IMG/VR virus record: IMGVR_UViG_3300031184_000008
Span: 1 to 25,956 of that record
Reading direction: 5' to 3' (one strand)
Length of the DNA: 25,956 bases
From: a virus
Taxonomy: Duplodnaviria > Caudoviricetes
Each line of letters opens with the position of its first letter. The stretch's first letter is position 1. Positions 8,188 through 16,681 of the stretch are shown in pieces. The notes under the pieces were generated by a model. It was not told the origin of the DNA. It did no database searches and worked only from the letters and a program-made list of their open reading frames with translations. The position numbers and the translations under genes are program-made.

Positions 8188-10064
8188 GATCTGATCGGCT
8201 CCCGGGGACAGTCCCTGATCCATTCCGCGGCCTCACTGTCGTCGAACATCTCGCGCGCGAGCCCTTCCACCGCCATCGCGGTCGCGCCCGGCTCGTAGGG
8301 CGCCTTCTGCGGACCGACCCGGCGCATCGGCTGGTAGAACTCGGGCTGGAAGGCGTCCGAATGGGCGTCAGCCCAGTCGTTTCGCAGCTTCGGGTTCACC
8401 ATGTACTGCCCGATTTTCGCCATCTGCTCGGCGATGCGCTCCACCCCGGGAGCAGACTCTACCACCCTTACATGACCGTCAACCCAAAAGGAGGCCGCCG
8501 AGACCATCCGCATGTACTTTTTCGTGTCCCCGCGGTTGTACTCGTAGTAGGGGGGCATCGGCTCGTTCGCGTCGGCGAAGAAGTTCTTCAGATTCGCCGC
8601 CAGCGAACCTTTCAGCCCCGCGCGGGCGGTTTCGCCGGAGATCCCGATGATGCGCCGCCCCTGCCGGCGATAACGCTGGACGGTCGCCACCAAGCGGTGC
8701 CCGAAGTCCTCCATGCGCCACGTCGGCGAGCCGTAGGCTTCGATGATGTAGACGTCGCCGCTGCCGTTTCTCGGGTAGCCGTGGACGATCATGACGGTCT
8801 CGTCCTTCTTCTCGCGGCTCTTGCCGTCCCAGAAGGCGATGTCGGTGGTGATGCCGAAGCGCAGGGAGGACCACGGCACCTCGGAGGACTTGATGTAGCA
8901 CTGCTTGATCTGGTCCTTCGTGATCGGGTTGAACTCCGAAAGCTCGGGGTCGTTCATCACCTGTGAAGCGAAGCGCAAGGGATCGCGGCGCTGGTAGTCG
9001 TTCAGCCGCGTCTCGGGCCACACCTTCGGGCTCGTGGGCTTGCCCGCCGCGTCGCGGCCGGCGAGGAAATACACGTCCCACTTCCCTTCCGGGCTCGCCT
9101 CCATCGACTCGCAGGGCATCCCCGCCAAGGAGCGGATGCCTTCCTCGCGGAATGCGACGCCGAAGTGATCCTCGTCGTCGTAGCGCGTCCCGACCCAGAC
9201 GACGATGCCGTCGCTCTGGAGCACGGGAAAGAGACTCGTCACCTGCGAGTTGACCGAGGTCAGCCAGTTCTCGTCGGAGAGCATCCGCTCGTAGCTGATC
9301 GGGTCGTCGTAGAAGATCGCGTCGGGATGTGCACCGACGATCGAGGTCTCGACGGCGAAGGTGCCAAGGCTCGGATCGGCGCGTGAGGTCTGCTTGCGCG
9401 CGGAGTGGGTCATCGCGGTCGCGGTCCACTGCCGGGCGTTGGCGGCCCAGTTGCCGTAGAGCTTCGTGAACAACGAATAGGGGTCCGAGCCGTCCAAGAC
9501 TCCGCGCATGATGCTGGCGAGCTTGGTCGCGAGTTGGATGCTTTCAGACCCCGTGTAGCTGGACAGTTCCGGGTCGCGTAGGTGGAGCCAGAGTTGCCCG
9601 GCCGCCGAGATCATCCGGCTCTTGCCCATCTCGCGGTGCACGAGGACCGCGAGGTGCTTCTGGAGCGTCAAGCCCTTGGCGCGGTTCTCCAGCCATTCCT
9701 CGACGTTCTTCTGATACCAGTTCGCCATCGGCTCGTGAATCGCGGGGTCGATCCACTTCTGCCCTTTGGGCGAACGGCCGTCGCCGAAGCAGTGCAGGAA
9801 GAACGTCCAGAAATCGCGCCGGCCCAACTCGCGCATCAATTCGAGTTCGTCGTCGCTCTGCCAGCCGCCGATGTGGCGCGCCATGCCGGCGCGGGCGGCG
9901 GCACGCAGTTTGTTCCGCGCGGCGGTGCGAACCTTGTTGTAGCAGGTCCAGCACTCGCCGCGACGCGATTGACCGGGTGGCATCTCCCTCTTGCAGTTCG
10001 CGCAGAACTTGAGAAGGGGAGTCAGCTTCGGGTTATTGGGATCCTTCGCTGTGAAGCGGGCCAT
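8184..10064 (-). CDS. terL: Terminase large subunit
   Basis: Walker A VHREMGKS, Walker B AIFYDDP, coupling motif VGTRY, FASQVMNDP, nuclease acidic motifs ITTDIA and NDWADA. Start uncertain (10103, 10064 or 9984). Confidence 0.88.
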   Translation of the reverse strand: MARFTAKDPNNPKLTPLLKFCANCKREMPPGQSRRGECWTCYNKVRTAARNKLRAAARAGMARHIGGWQSDDELELMRELGRRDFWTFFLHCFGDGRSPKGQKWIDPAIHEPMANWYQKNVEEWLENRAKGLTLQKHLAVLVHREMGKSRMISAAGQLWLHLRDPELSSYTGSESIQLATKLASIMRGVLDGSDPYSLFTKLYGNWAANARQWTATAMTHSARKQTSRADPSLGTFAVETSIVGAHPDAIFYDDPISYERMLSDENWLTSVNSQVTSLFPVLQSDGIVVWVGTRYDDEDHFGVAFREEGIRSLAGMPCESMEASPEGKWDVYFLAGRDAAGKPTSPKVWPETRLNDYQRRDPLRFASQVMNDPELSEFNPITKDQIKQCYIKSSEVPWSSLRFGITTDIAFWDGKSREKKDETVMIVHGYPRNGSGDVYIIEAYGSPTWRMEDFGHRLVATVQRYRRQGRRIIGISGETARAGLKGSLAANLKNFFADANEPMPPYYEYNRGDTKKYMRMVSAASFWVDGHVRVVESAPGVERIAEQMAKIGQYMVNPKLRNDWADAHSDAFQPEFYQPMRRVGPQKAPYEPGATAMAVEGLAREMFDDSEAAEWIRDCPREPIRS

Positions 10065-10620
10065 CCACGACGTCCTTGTCGTTGCGTACCACCGCGTCGC
10101 CATCGGCGAGCGCCTGCTGTGCGTCCGCGCGCTCTCGCGCGGCTCGTTCCACTTCGAGCTTCAGTGCCTGATCCTGACACCACGCGGCCTTGATCGCGAT
10201 GGATCTGCCGCTCGGGAAGCCGCGCGGCACCCCGCGGATCTTCGCCTCGGGGTACGCCTTGTTCAGCATCTTCAGGCTGGTGATGCGCTTGGCACGGAAG
10301 CGCATCTCGGGGGTTGCGTCCTCGGCCTCCGGCTTCGGCTTGAAGACGGTCGTCCGGTTCGCGTTCGGAAACGCGTAGCCGTACGCCGCCTGCGTCAGTC
10401 GGGCTCCTGCCCCTTTCATCACGCGCGCGAGACGTTCCACCACTTCGCCATCCGCCTGCGGCTCGGGCATGACGACGCTGGCACTCTCGGTGGTCGCGAG
10501 CATCTTGAGTGCTCGGAAGCGGTCGGCGCCGGCCTCGGGATCACGCGCGACCTCGGTGACGTGATCCAAGATCTCGTCCAAGGACATGCGTCGCTTCTGG
10601 GGGAGGGTCTCGATCGTCAT
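10033..10620 (-). CDS. Possible terminase small subunit-like protein (195 aa)
   Basis: Immediately upstream of terL; LDEILDHVTEVARD...DRFRALKMLA resembles TerS oligomerisation helices; ATGA overlap at start. Confidence 0.5.
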   Translation of the reverse strand: MTIETLPQKRRMSLDEILDHVTEVARDPEAGADRFRALKMLATTESASVVMPEPQADGEVVERLARVMKGAGARLTQAAYGYAFPNANRTTVFKPKPEAEDATPEMRFRAKRITSLKMLNKAYPEAKIRGVPRGFPSGRSIAIKAAWCQDQALKLEVERAARERADAQQALADGDAVVRNDKDVVDGPLHSEGSQ

Positions 10621-11420
10621 TTGTAGAGGTTCCCGTCGACCAGCCAGTAGGCGGCGGGAGCCGCGAGTTGGCGGCTCGACTCGGTGCCGCTGATGAAGCC
10701 GGTCGGGAACGCGCGGCTCGCCTGAGAGATCCAGCCCTGCGCGCCACCGCCGATCGGGTTGCCGACCAAGGAGACGCCCTGCTGCACGGTGGCGGGTGCC
10801 GCCCATGTGCCGGTGTCGGTGGTCGGACCGAAGTCGAAGGAGTTGTAGACCGCGATTAGGTTGGGGGTCGCGTTGGAGCCGGCGGTGAAGGTCGTGATCG
10901 TATCGTCGTCGCCGGTGCCGGTGTTGTCCTGATGCGCGCCCTGAACGAACTGGGTGGCGCCGATCAGGCGAAACACGATGATGGAAATCGCTTCCAAAGC
11001 GGGGTCGTTGAGCGAGATGGTCAGGTTGGCGGTCGCGGTCGCGCTGACCAAGAGGACGAACGTGTCGGTCAGGATGACGCTGTTGCCGCCCGGGTTGGTC
11101 TGCGCGAGTGGGGTCGCGCCCCACGTGACGCTCGGGAACACCGCGAGTGTTCCGTCATTGGCGGCGGCGACGTAGCAGCATAGGAGCGTGCCAGCCTGTA
11201 CGGTCAGGTTCATGACCGAGAGCGTGATCGAGGTGCCGCTGCCGGTATCGGTGCCGATCGCCTCGTAGACGAGCGGTGTCACGACCGCGCCCCCCGCGCC
11301 TTCGACGTAGCCCGAGAGGACCACCTCGCCGAAGGGCTTGCGCTCGAAGCTGCAACGCGGGCAGCGCGCCCCCTGTAGCGGAGCACCGCAGTAGTTGCAG
11401 GTCTGGGGCCAGTTACTCAT
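10617..11420 (-). CDS. Zn-ribbon plus Thr/Gly/Ala-rich beta protein (267 aa), possible virion or surface protein
   Basis: N-terminal CNYC..CPRC, then alternating hydrophobic/Thr beta-strand pattern. Confidence 0.6.
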   Translation of the reverse strand: MSNWPQTCNYCGAPLQGARCPRCSFERKPFGEVVLSGYVEGAGGAVVTPLVYEAIGTDTGSGTSITLSVMNLTVQAGTLLCCYVAAANDGTLAVFPSVTWGATPLAQTNPGGNSVILTDTFVLLVSATATANLTISLNDPALEAISIIVFRLIGATQFVQGAHQDNTGTGDDDTITTFTAGSNATPNLIAVYNSFDFGPTTDTGTWAAPATVQQGVSLVGNPIGGGAQGWISQASRAFPTGFISGTESSRQLAAPAAYWLVDGNLYK

Positions 11421-11622
11421 CGGGGATCTTCTGCGGGGGCGGGCCGAACGCCTGCGCCTCGCCGTCCTTGTAGACGATCACACCCCAGTCGTGCGGACCG
11501 TTCTCGGGACGCGCGTCCACACACCAGTAGTCGGCCCCCTCGGCCGGGCGGCGCGTCTGGACGTCCTCGCACGAGTAGACGAGCGACGCCCCGCAACGGC
11601 ATTTGGTCTTCCACGCGCTCAT
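11413..11622 (-). CDS. Small Cys/His hypothetical protein (69 aa)
   Basis: MSAWKTKCRCGASL...YWC...HDW; SD GAGGA; overlaps the next start. Confidence 0.6.
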   Translation of the reverse strand: MSAWKTKCRCGASLVYSCEDVQTRRPAEGADYWCVDARPENGPHDWGVIVYKDGEAQAFGPPPQKIPDE

Positions 11623-11624
11623 CG

Positions 11625-12365
11625 CTACATCCTCTCCCGAACCGCCTTCACGATACGCTTGCGCTCGGTGATGCACCAGCGCGCGAAGCGCTCGCAGTCC
11701 TCGGCCGGCAGCCCGCTGGAGCCGAGGGTGGGCTGGTAGTCGTGGATGACCTCGACGTCGGAGGTCTTGGCGTACACCATGCGGGTCGCGTCGCCGACCA
11801 GTTCCATCGCGGTGTCCCAGTACCACGCGTGCGCCGACGAGGGAATGGCGTAGTAGCCGATCGCCCCGACCATGTTCGCCGAGAGGGCGTAGAAGTTGAT
11901 GTACTCGGCGTGGCCGCCGTCGTGGGCAAGCCCAACCACGCCGATCTGGTTGGGGAAGCCGTGGATGGTGCGGATCAGGTACTGGTCCCAGCCGGCTGGT
12001 CTGATCGTGGAGTCGTCGGTCATGTAGGTGAAGATGTTCGCCTGTGGGAACAGGCGGCGCAGCCCCGCCTCGGGGTGCTCGCCGTGGACGGCTTGGCAGA
12101 GCGTGTTGATTGCGTTCACGGGTCCGAAGCGCGGGCCAATCACGATCGTGAAGCGCGGGTCGGAGTCGCGCACGCGCAGGTAGGTGTTGTTCCCGGGCTT
12201 GTCGACCCGCACGACATGCGCCGGCAGCCCCTCGTAGAGCGCTTCCTGATCGGCGTCGACGTAGGCGAGGACGCACGCCCGCGAGGTGTCGCGCACCGAC
12301 TCCCACGCCTTCAGGAGCAATTCGGGCCGGTTGCGGCTCGGGATCAGGACGACGACTTCGTTCAT
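11625..12365 (-). CDS. GT-A (GT2-like) glycosyltransferase
   Basis: ATG 12365; VVVLIPSRNRP, VDAD, YMTDD, GWDQ and WYWDT motifs. Confidence 0.85.
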   Translation of the reverse strand: MNEVVVLIPSRNRPELLLKAWESVRDTSRACVLAYVDADQEALYEGLPAHVVRVDKPGNNTYLRVRDSDPRFTIVIGPRFGPVNAINTLCQAVHGEHPEAGLRRLFPQANIFTYMTDDSTIRPAGWDQYLIRTIHGFPNQIGVVGLAHDGGHAEYINFYALSANMVGAIGYYAIPSSAHAWYWDTAMELVGDATRMVYAKTSDVEVIHDYQPTLGSSGLPAEDCERFARWCITERKRIVKAVRERM

Positions 12366-13015
12366 CGCAGCACCGCCCGCAACTTCGCGAGGTCGGCGGC
12401 GAAGTCCTGCGTGATGTAGGCCAAGAACTCGTAGACGTCGGCGCGCGCGGCTTCCTGATAGCCGTCTCGGCGGACGACGTGATGGACCACCGCCTCGGGC
12501 GCGATCTGTGTGATGCGATTCAACGCGATCGCGAGCACTTCGATGACGGTGTCGACGCAAAAGTTCTTCAGGCGCGGACACTCCAGCCAGCCGAGGGTCT
12601 CGATCCAGCGCCGCGAGACGCACGGGAAGTTCACGTGCGGCAGGCCGTTGTCGGAGGCGAGATGCACGCAGCCGATGTCGTCTCCGAAAGCATCCATCGC
12701 GGCGATCACCTCGGCGTCCCAGCCCTTGCGCGTGAACGTGCAGTCGTCGGCGGTGACGAGAAACATCCGATACGTCTCTCCGAAGCTGTGCGCCAGCGCG
12801 TTGACCGCGCCGACGCGGCCGACCGGAGCGCCGATGACGGTGAACACCCGGTCCTTGTATTCGAGGTGAGACCACGAATCCCAGTAAGCGGCGAGGTCGT
12901 CCACGTCGTTGTATATCAGGACGTCCGCACGGCTCGTCGTGAGCGCGGTCGCGATCATGGTGTGCAACGCCTCGGGGCGCCCGCGCGAGGGACAGACGAT
13001 CGCGAGTGGCTTCAT
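12362..13015 (-). CDS. GT-A (GT2-like) glycosyltransferase, paralog of 11625..12365
   Basis: LAIVCPSRGRP, NDVDD, VTADD, GWDA and FCVDT motifs. Confidence 0.85.
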   Translation of the reverse strand: MKPLAIVCPSRGRPEALHTMIATALTTSRADVLIYNDVDDLAAYWDSWSHLEYKDRVFTVIGAPVGRVGAVNALAHSFGETYRMFLVTADDCTFTRKGWDAEVIAAMDAFGDDIGCVHLASDNGLPHVNFPCVSRRWIETLGWLECPRLKNFCVDTVIEVLAIALNRITQIAPEAVVHHVVRRDGYQEAARADVYEFLAYITQDFAADLAKLRAVLR

Positions 13016-13608
13016 CGGACGTAGATCCAGTCGAACTCCATGTGCTCGACCATGCGATAGCCGTGGGGTGCTAAGTGGGCGGCGATCGCCTGCTGGTCTT
13101 CATCGGCGACCGACTCGACGATGAACGCCTTCGGCAACCAGTGCCCGATGTCGAGCCCCTTCAAGACATCGAGTTCGGTGTGCTCGACGTCGATGCTGAC
13201 CAAGTCGAGGCGCGGAAAGGCGTGCTTCTCCAGAAGCTGATCGAGCGTTCGCACGTTGATGATGTGCCGGTTGTAGAAGTGCTTGGAGTCGCTATAGCGC
13301 AACGAAGACTCCGACATCGGGGCGGCGGGGTTGACGTAGAAATAGGCGTCGTCCTGCGACGCGGCGCCCGCCGCACAGATTTCAACCAACGTGCGGCGCT
13401 TGCGTAGCACGTCCTCGTACTCCGAGTTCGCTTCGATGCACAGCACGGTCCAGCCACGCACCTCGGCGGCGATCGTGTTGCTGTTGAACCAGCCGTCGTT
13501 GGCACCCGCGTCGATCGCGTATCCACTATCGAGCGGCAGGTTGTTGAAGACCCACTGCTCCTGTCCGGCGCTCGAATAGTGCGTACGGCCCCGAAAAAGC
13601 CGAATCAC
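13012..13608 (-). CDS. FkbM-family SAM-dependent methyltransferase
   Basis: GTG 13608; YSSAGQE, IDAGANDGWFNSNT, GWTVLCIEAN, LDLVSIDVEHTELDVLKG. Confidence 0.9.
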   Translation of the reverse strand: MIRLFRGRTHYSSAGQEQWVFNNLPLDSGYAIDAGANDGWFNSNTIAAEVRGWTVLCIEANSEYEDVLRKRRTLVEICAAGAASQDDAYFYVNPAAPMSESSLRYSDSKHFYNRHIINVRTLDQLLEKHAFPRLDLVSIDVEHTELDVLKGLDIGHWLPKAFIVESVADEDQQAIAAHLAPHGYRMVEHMEFDWIYVR

Positions 13609-13823
13609 GCAGGCGGCTCGAAAGTGTCGATCGTCAGGATGACGGTCGAGAGGCTGCCCGGCATTCCGCCGATCAGGGGCTTGATCGCGTCCAACGCGGC
13701 GTTCGGATTCGCCGCGGAGGCGACGTTGTCGATGACGCCGTCGGTGGTGTCGAGCCGGTCGAACGTCCACGTCCAGCCGGCGGGGTTTGCGACCTTGAAG
13801 ATCTTAGCCTGTGCGCGTGCCAT
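13605..13823 (-). CDS. Hypothetical protein (72 aa)
   Basis: SD AAGGAGG; GTGA-coupled to the FkbM gene. Confidence 0.7.
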   Translation of the reverse strand: MARAQAKIFKVANPAGWTWTFDRLDTTDGVIDNVASAANPNAALDAIKPLIGGMPGSLSTVILTIDTFEPPA

Positions 13824-14019
13824 CCGTGGCCTCCTTGCCAGTCTGTCGGATTTGAATCTGGGGCGTGCTCGCGGAGAGCGTTTTTTCGGCGTGGTTCAAG
13901 AGGTCGACGATCCGGTCGATGATCTCGGGGTCGGTGGATGACGGGTAGCTTGTGCTCGGAATTCCGCGCGAGCCGTCGAACGCGAGCCAGCCGCCCTCAA
14001 TCGCGATGCGCTGCCACAT
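13804..14019 (-). CDS. Hypothetical protein (71 aa)
   Basis: SD GGAGG before ATG 14019 (MWQRIAIEGG...). Confidence 0.55.
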   Translation of the reverse strand: MWQRIAIEGGWLAFDGSRGIPSTSYPSSTDPEIIDRIVDLLNHAEKTLSASTPQIQIRQTGKEATDGTRTG

Positions 14020-14155
14020 CGGCGTCCTCCAGTGAAATGAGTTCATCGACGATCTTGTTGAGACCCTCGTCCCGCCCGTCGATCCCCCAGATCGGGTCGA
14101 TGGGGTAGAACACGAGCCTCGCCCACAGCCACTTCTTCCGCAACCACCGCGTCAC
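13997..14155 (-). CDS. Hypothetical protein (52 aa)
   Basis: GTG 14155 in a GTGA overlap (VTRWLRKKWLW...). Confidence 0.5.
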   Translation of the reverse strand: MTRWLRKKWLWARLVFYPIDPIWGIDGRDEGLNKIVDELISLEDADVAAHRD

Positions 14156-14394
14156 GTGATCTTCACGCGCGGATCGACGCGCGCCTTCCCGCTCGCCGCG
14201 GCGTCCGCGAGGCACTGGTCGATCTCGGTCATCAAGCGATTGCGTTCGAGATTGAGATTCACCGAGCGCGCGACGGTTTCGGGGCCGACGCCGGTGCCGT
14301 TGGTATTAGCCTTATGCAGTTCGTCTTGTACGAACCACAGTTTGATATTCGTGATTGAGAGGCGGTCGACGAGGTCGCCGAGGGTGTGGCTCAC
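14152..14394 (-). CDS. DUF4254-like helical protein (80 aa)
   Basis: TLGDLVDRLSITNIKLW and LNLERNRLMTEID match the two DUF4254 motifs; GTGA overlap. Confidence 0.7.
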   Translation of the reverse strand: MSHTLGDLVDRLSITNIKLWFVQDELHKANTNGTGVGPETVARSVNLNLERNRLMTEIDQCLADAAASGKARVDPRVKIT

Positions 14395-14624
14395 TTCTTG
14401 GGCTCCCAGCCGTGGGGGGCAGATCGAATGTCCATTTCGGTGATGCGCTCGTGGGTGTCTTCGGCGGCGCCGCCAACCTCGTCGGCGCACTGATCGCGCG
14501 TCCATTCCATCTGCCGGATGCACTCGCGGACGATCGGCATCCAGAAGTCGCGGTCGTCTTCGGGGTCGAGCCCGTGGGTGGTTTCGCGGATCTTGTCGTA
14601 GAGCGCGTCTTCGAGGTTTTCCAC
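14391..14624 (-). CDS. Acidic hypothetical protein (77 aa)
   Basis: GTG start with GGGAG SD; coupled to the downstream gene. Confidence 0.6.
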   Translation of the reverse strand: MENLEDALYDKIRETTHGLDPEDDRDFWMPIVRECIRQMEWTRDQCADEVGGAAEDTHERITEMDIRSAPHGWEPKK

Positions 14625-14714
14625 GCGGGGCTCCCGGGAATTGGAGCGGGGGCCGGTTCCCTCGGAGCGTTGTCACCACCGGACCCCCGCGATGTGCAGG
14701 TGACGAATTGAATG

Positions 14715-15065
14715 CTAATCCTTGGGATCGGGGGTGGTCAAGGACTCGATCGCGTGCTGGAGCTTGGCGTGGGCCTGCTCGGCCTTGTGCACCATGCGCG
14801 CGTGGCCGGCTTCGGCTTCGTCCCACGTGGGGTAGCGGTCCATGTCTTGATCGGTGGGGCCGCCGAAGGTCATCGACTCGAACCAGAAGTCGCCGGATCC
14901 GGTCCACCAGTGGTTGAGCCCGAGGAAGACGGTCGAGACGTGGATGCCTTCGGCGACGTCGGTGCGCGCGACCCGGCGATCGCGCTCGAAGTTGCGCGCC
15001 CACTCGTCGCTGTCGCACGGGACAACGTTCTTCCCGTCGAGCTTCCCGTAGAGCATCCGCTTCAT
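14715..15065 (-). CDS. Phage hypothetical protein (116 aa)
   Basis: VSTVFLGLNH...FESMTFGG...RYPTWDEAEAGH pattern recurrent in phage proteins; ATGA overlap. Confidence 0.75.
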   Translation of the reverse strand: MKRMLYGKLDGKNVVPCDSDEWARNFERDRRVARTDVAEGIHVSTVFLGLNHWWTGSGDFWFESMTFGGPTDQDMDRYPTWDEAEAGHARMVHKAEQAHAKLQHAIESLTTPDPKD

Positions 15066-15460
15066 GTCGCGACCCAGCGGCCGGCTCTCCAGCCGGCGCC
15101 TTGGAGCGCGCCGCGGCCGGAGCGCTTGACGGCTTCTTCGGCGCTGGAGGACGTCGGAACGAGGGGCCAATCGTCGTAACTGTCGAAAGCGACCCACAGG
15201 TAGCGGTTCGGGAACGCGAGGGCGTAGCGCTCGTCGATGACCGCGGCGAGGTCGGCCGGCGACAAGTTCGACGCTTCGCGCGTCCGGATCAGGATCCGGA
15301 TGTGGGTCTCCGACTCGCTCTCTACGTCCGCGTGTGGGTTCCACCCTCCGTTCAGGGTGAACGATCCGCGGGATTTGGACTCACCATACTTGGAGGGTGG
15401 TCGGCGAGCCGTACGGCGATCCTCGGGCTCTTGGGAGGGTTCGAAGAAATCATCCGCCAT
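15062..15460 (-). CDS. Hypothetical protein (132 aa)
   Basis: Track ORF overlapping both neighbours in the operon. Confidence 0.6.
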   Translation of the reverse strand: MADDFFEPSQEPEDRRTARRPPSKYGESKSRGSFTLNGGWNPHADVESESETHIRILIRTREASNLSPADLAAVIDERYALAFPNRYLWVAFDSYDDWPLVPTSSSAEEAVKRSGRGALQGAGWRAGRWVAT

Positions 15461-15680
15461 TTTCGGGGATCTCCGGCTCGTAGCGCTGTTTCAGGCTTTG
15501 GGGTTTCATCGTGAAGGGGATGCGGTCTTCGGTGGCGCACTGGATTTCGGTCCGGGTGCCTTGGGCGGGGCAGAGGGTGCCGTCCGAGTCGAGTTGGAGG
15601 ACTTGGATGCGTTCGTGGCCGGGGCCGAAGCCGGGCTTACGGCGCCAGAAGTGCCAGCTAGAGACGAAATTGGGGCTCAT
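15450..15680 (-). CDS. Hypothetical protein (76 aa)
   Basis: ATG 15680 overlaps the initiator stop (ATGA). Confidence 0.55.
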   Translation of the reverse strand: MSPNFVSSWHFWRRKPGFGPGHERIQVLQLDSDGTLCPAQGTRTEIQCATEDRIPFTMKPQSLKQRYEPEIPENGG

Positions 15681-16528
15681 GTCGCGACTCCGTTCAGCGC
15701 GGGCGGTGGATCCAAGAAAGCGGCCCCGGAGAGCCACGAACTCGGATGGGGGACGAATTGGAGTTCAGTCTTGCTATCCGCGTAGTGATTGGCCCAGTCA
15801 GCGGCCCGGTCACAGATCATGTCTTCGGTCCATGTTGGATGCCTGCGAAGGGCGCTATGCCACGCGACGTTCGCGAAATGCCGCTTGACGCGCCGCGGCC
15901 AGATCTTCTCGTAGAACTCGACGAAGCGCTCGGTCTCGGCGACGCCGACGAGCGAGCGTGACGTCCGCGGCTTCTTCGGCGGCTTCGCAGATGCGGAGCT
16001 ATCAGGAAAAAGAGTCGTCAGAACCTCCGGTTCGGACAAGTCTTTTGACTCTAATGCTTCTGCTTCTGCTTCTGCTTCTGCTTGGGTGGACATTCCACAT
16101 TGGTCCACAGTTGTCCACGCGCGTCCACGTCCGTCATCACGTGTCATCACGTCCTGCTGACGCGTGGCTGACCGCGCGCGGGCCTTCGACTCGCGGTACT
16201 GGCGCTTGCGCGTCTCCTTGTCGCGGATCTCCCGGTATTTCATGTAGTTGACGATCTGCCAGCCCCACGAGCGGTGCTCGTCGAGCCGAACGATCCGCCG
16301 CCCGCCGGCCTCCCCGGTCCGACTCTCCGGATCCTCCGCCTCCAACACCACGATCGCCCCCCGCACCTGCTCCAAAGGGATCCCGGTCCGCGCCGCGATC
16401 GCCTGCGGCGTCAAGTCCAAGACCCCATCGTCCGTCGCGCTCGCGATCATGAAGACGAAAACCGACCACGCCGGCCAGTCCGTCGCCAACGTCCCGTCCC
16501 ACAAGCTCACGAAAATCTTCCCGAACAC
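15677..16528 (-). CDS. Phage replication initiator / replisome organizer
   Basis: N-terminal wHTH-like FGKIF...IAARTGI...WQIVNYMKYR, low-complexity AEAEAEA linker, C-terminal FYEKIWPRR...HPSSWL domain; SD GGGAGG, GTG start. Confidence 0.8.
   Translation of the reverse strand: MFGKIFVSLWDGTLATDWPAWSVFVFMIASATDDGVLDLTPQAIAARTGIPLEQVRGAIVVLEAEDPESRTGEAGGRRIVRLDEHRSWGWQIVNYMKYREIRDKETRKRQYRESKARARSATRQQDVMTRDDGRGRAWTTVDQCGMSTQAEAEAEAEALESKDLSEPEVLTTLFPDSSASAKPPKKPRTSRSLVGVAETERFVEFYEKIWPRRVKRHFANVAWHSALRRHPTWTEDMICDRAADWANHYADSKTELQFVPHPSSWLSGAAFLDPPPALNGVAT
16055..16083. repeat. (TGCTTC)x~5 tandem repeat in the initiator linker
   Basis: Seen directly; encodes AEAEAEAEA. Confidence 0.9.
16086..16150. 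repeat. Iteron-like 10-bp-phased repeats (putative origin)
   Basis: TCCAC at 16094, 16104, 16114 and 16124; GTCATCAC at 16133 and 16143. Confidence 0.7.
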
Positions 16529-16681
16529 CGAAACCTCCCTGTCAGGGTGAGTCAGAGCGGCGGCCGGGCTTGATTCCGGCTCGTGTAGTGGGCCTCCAAA
16601 CAGCCGGACACTTCCAGAGCATCACCACGCGCGCCAGTCCGGGTCGCGCTGCGTGTCCTTCCACGCCGCGCCGCTCATTTC

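Noticed and set aside
14625-14714. HDV-like ribozyme
   Set aside because: Could not place P3/L3/P1.1 or the catalytic junction; kept only as a generic pseudoknot candidate.
339-16573. Many long plus-strand ORFs (e.g. 1815..3287, 3782..5596, 5612..7099, 7042..8298)
   Set aside because: Antisense shadows of GC-rich minus-strand genes; R/V/H-rich, no motifs or SD.
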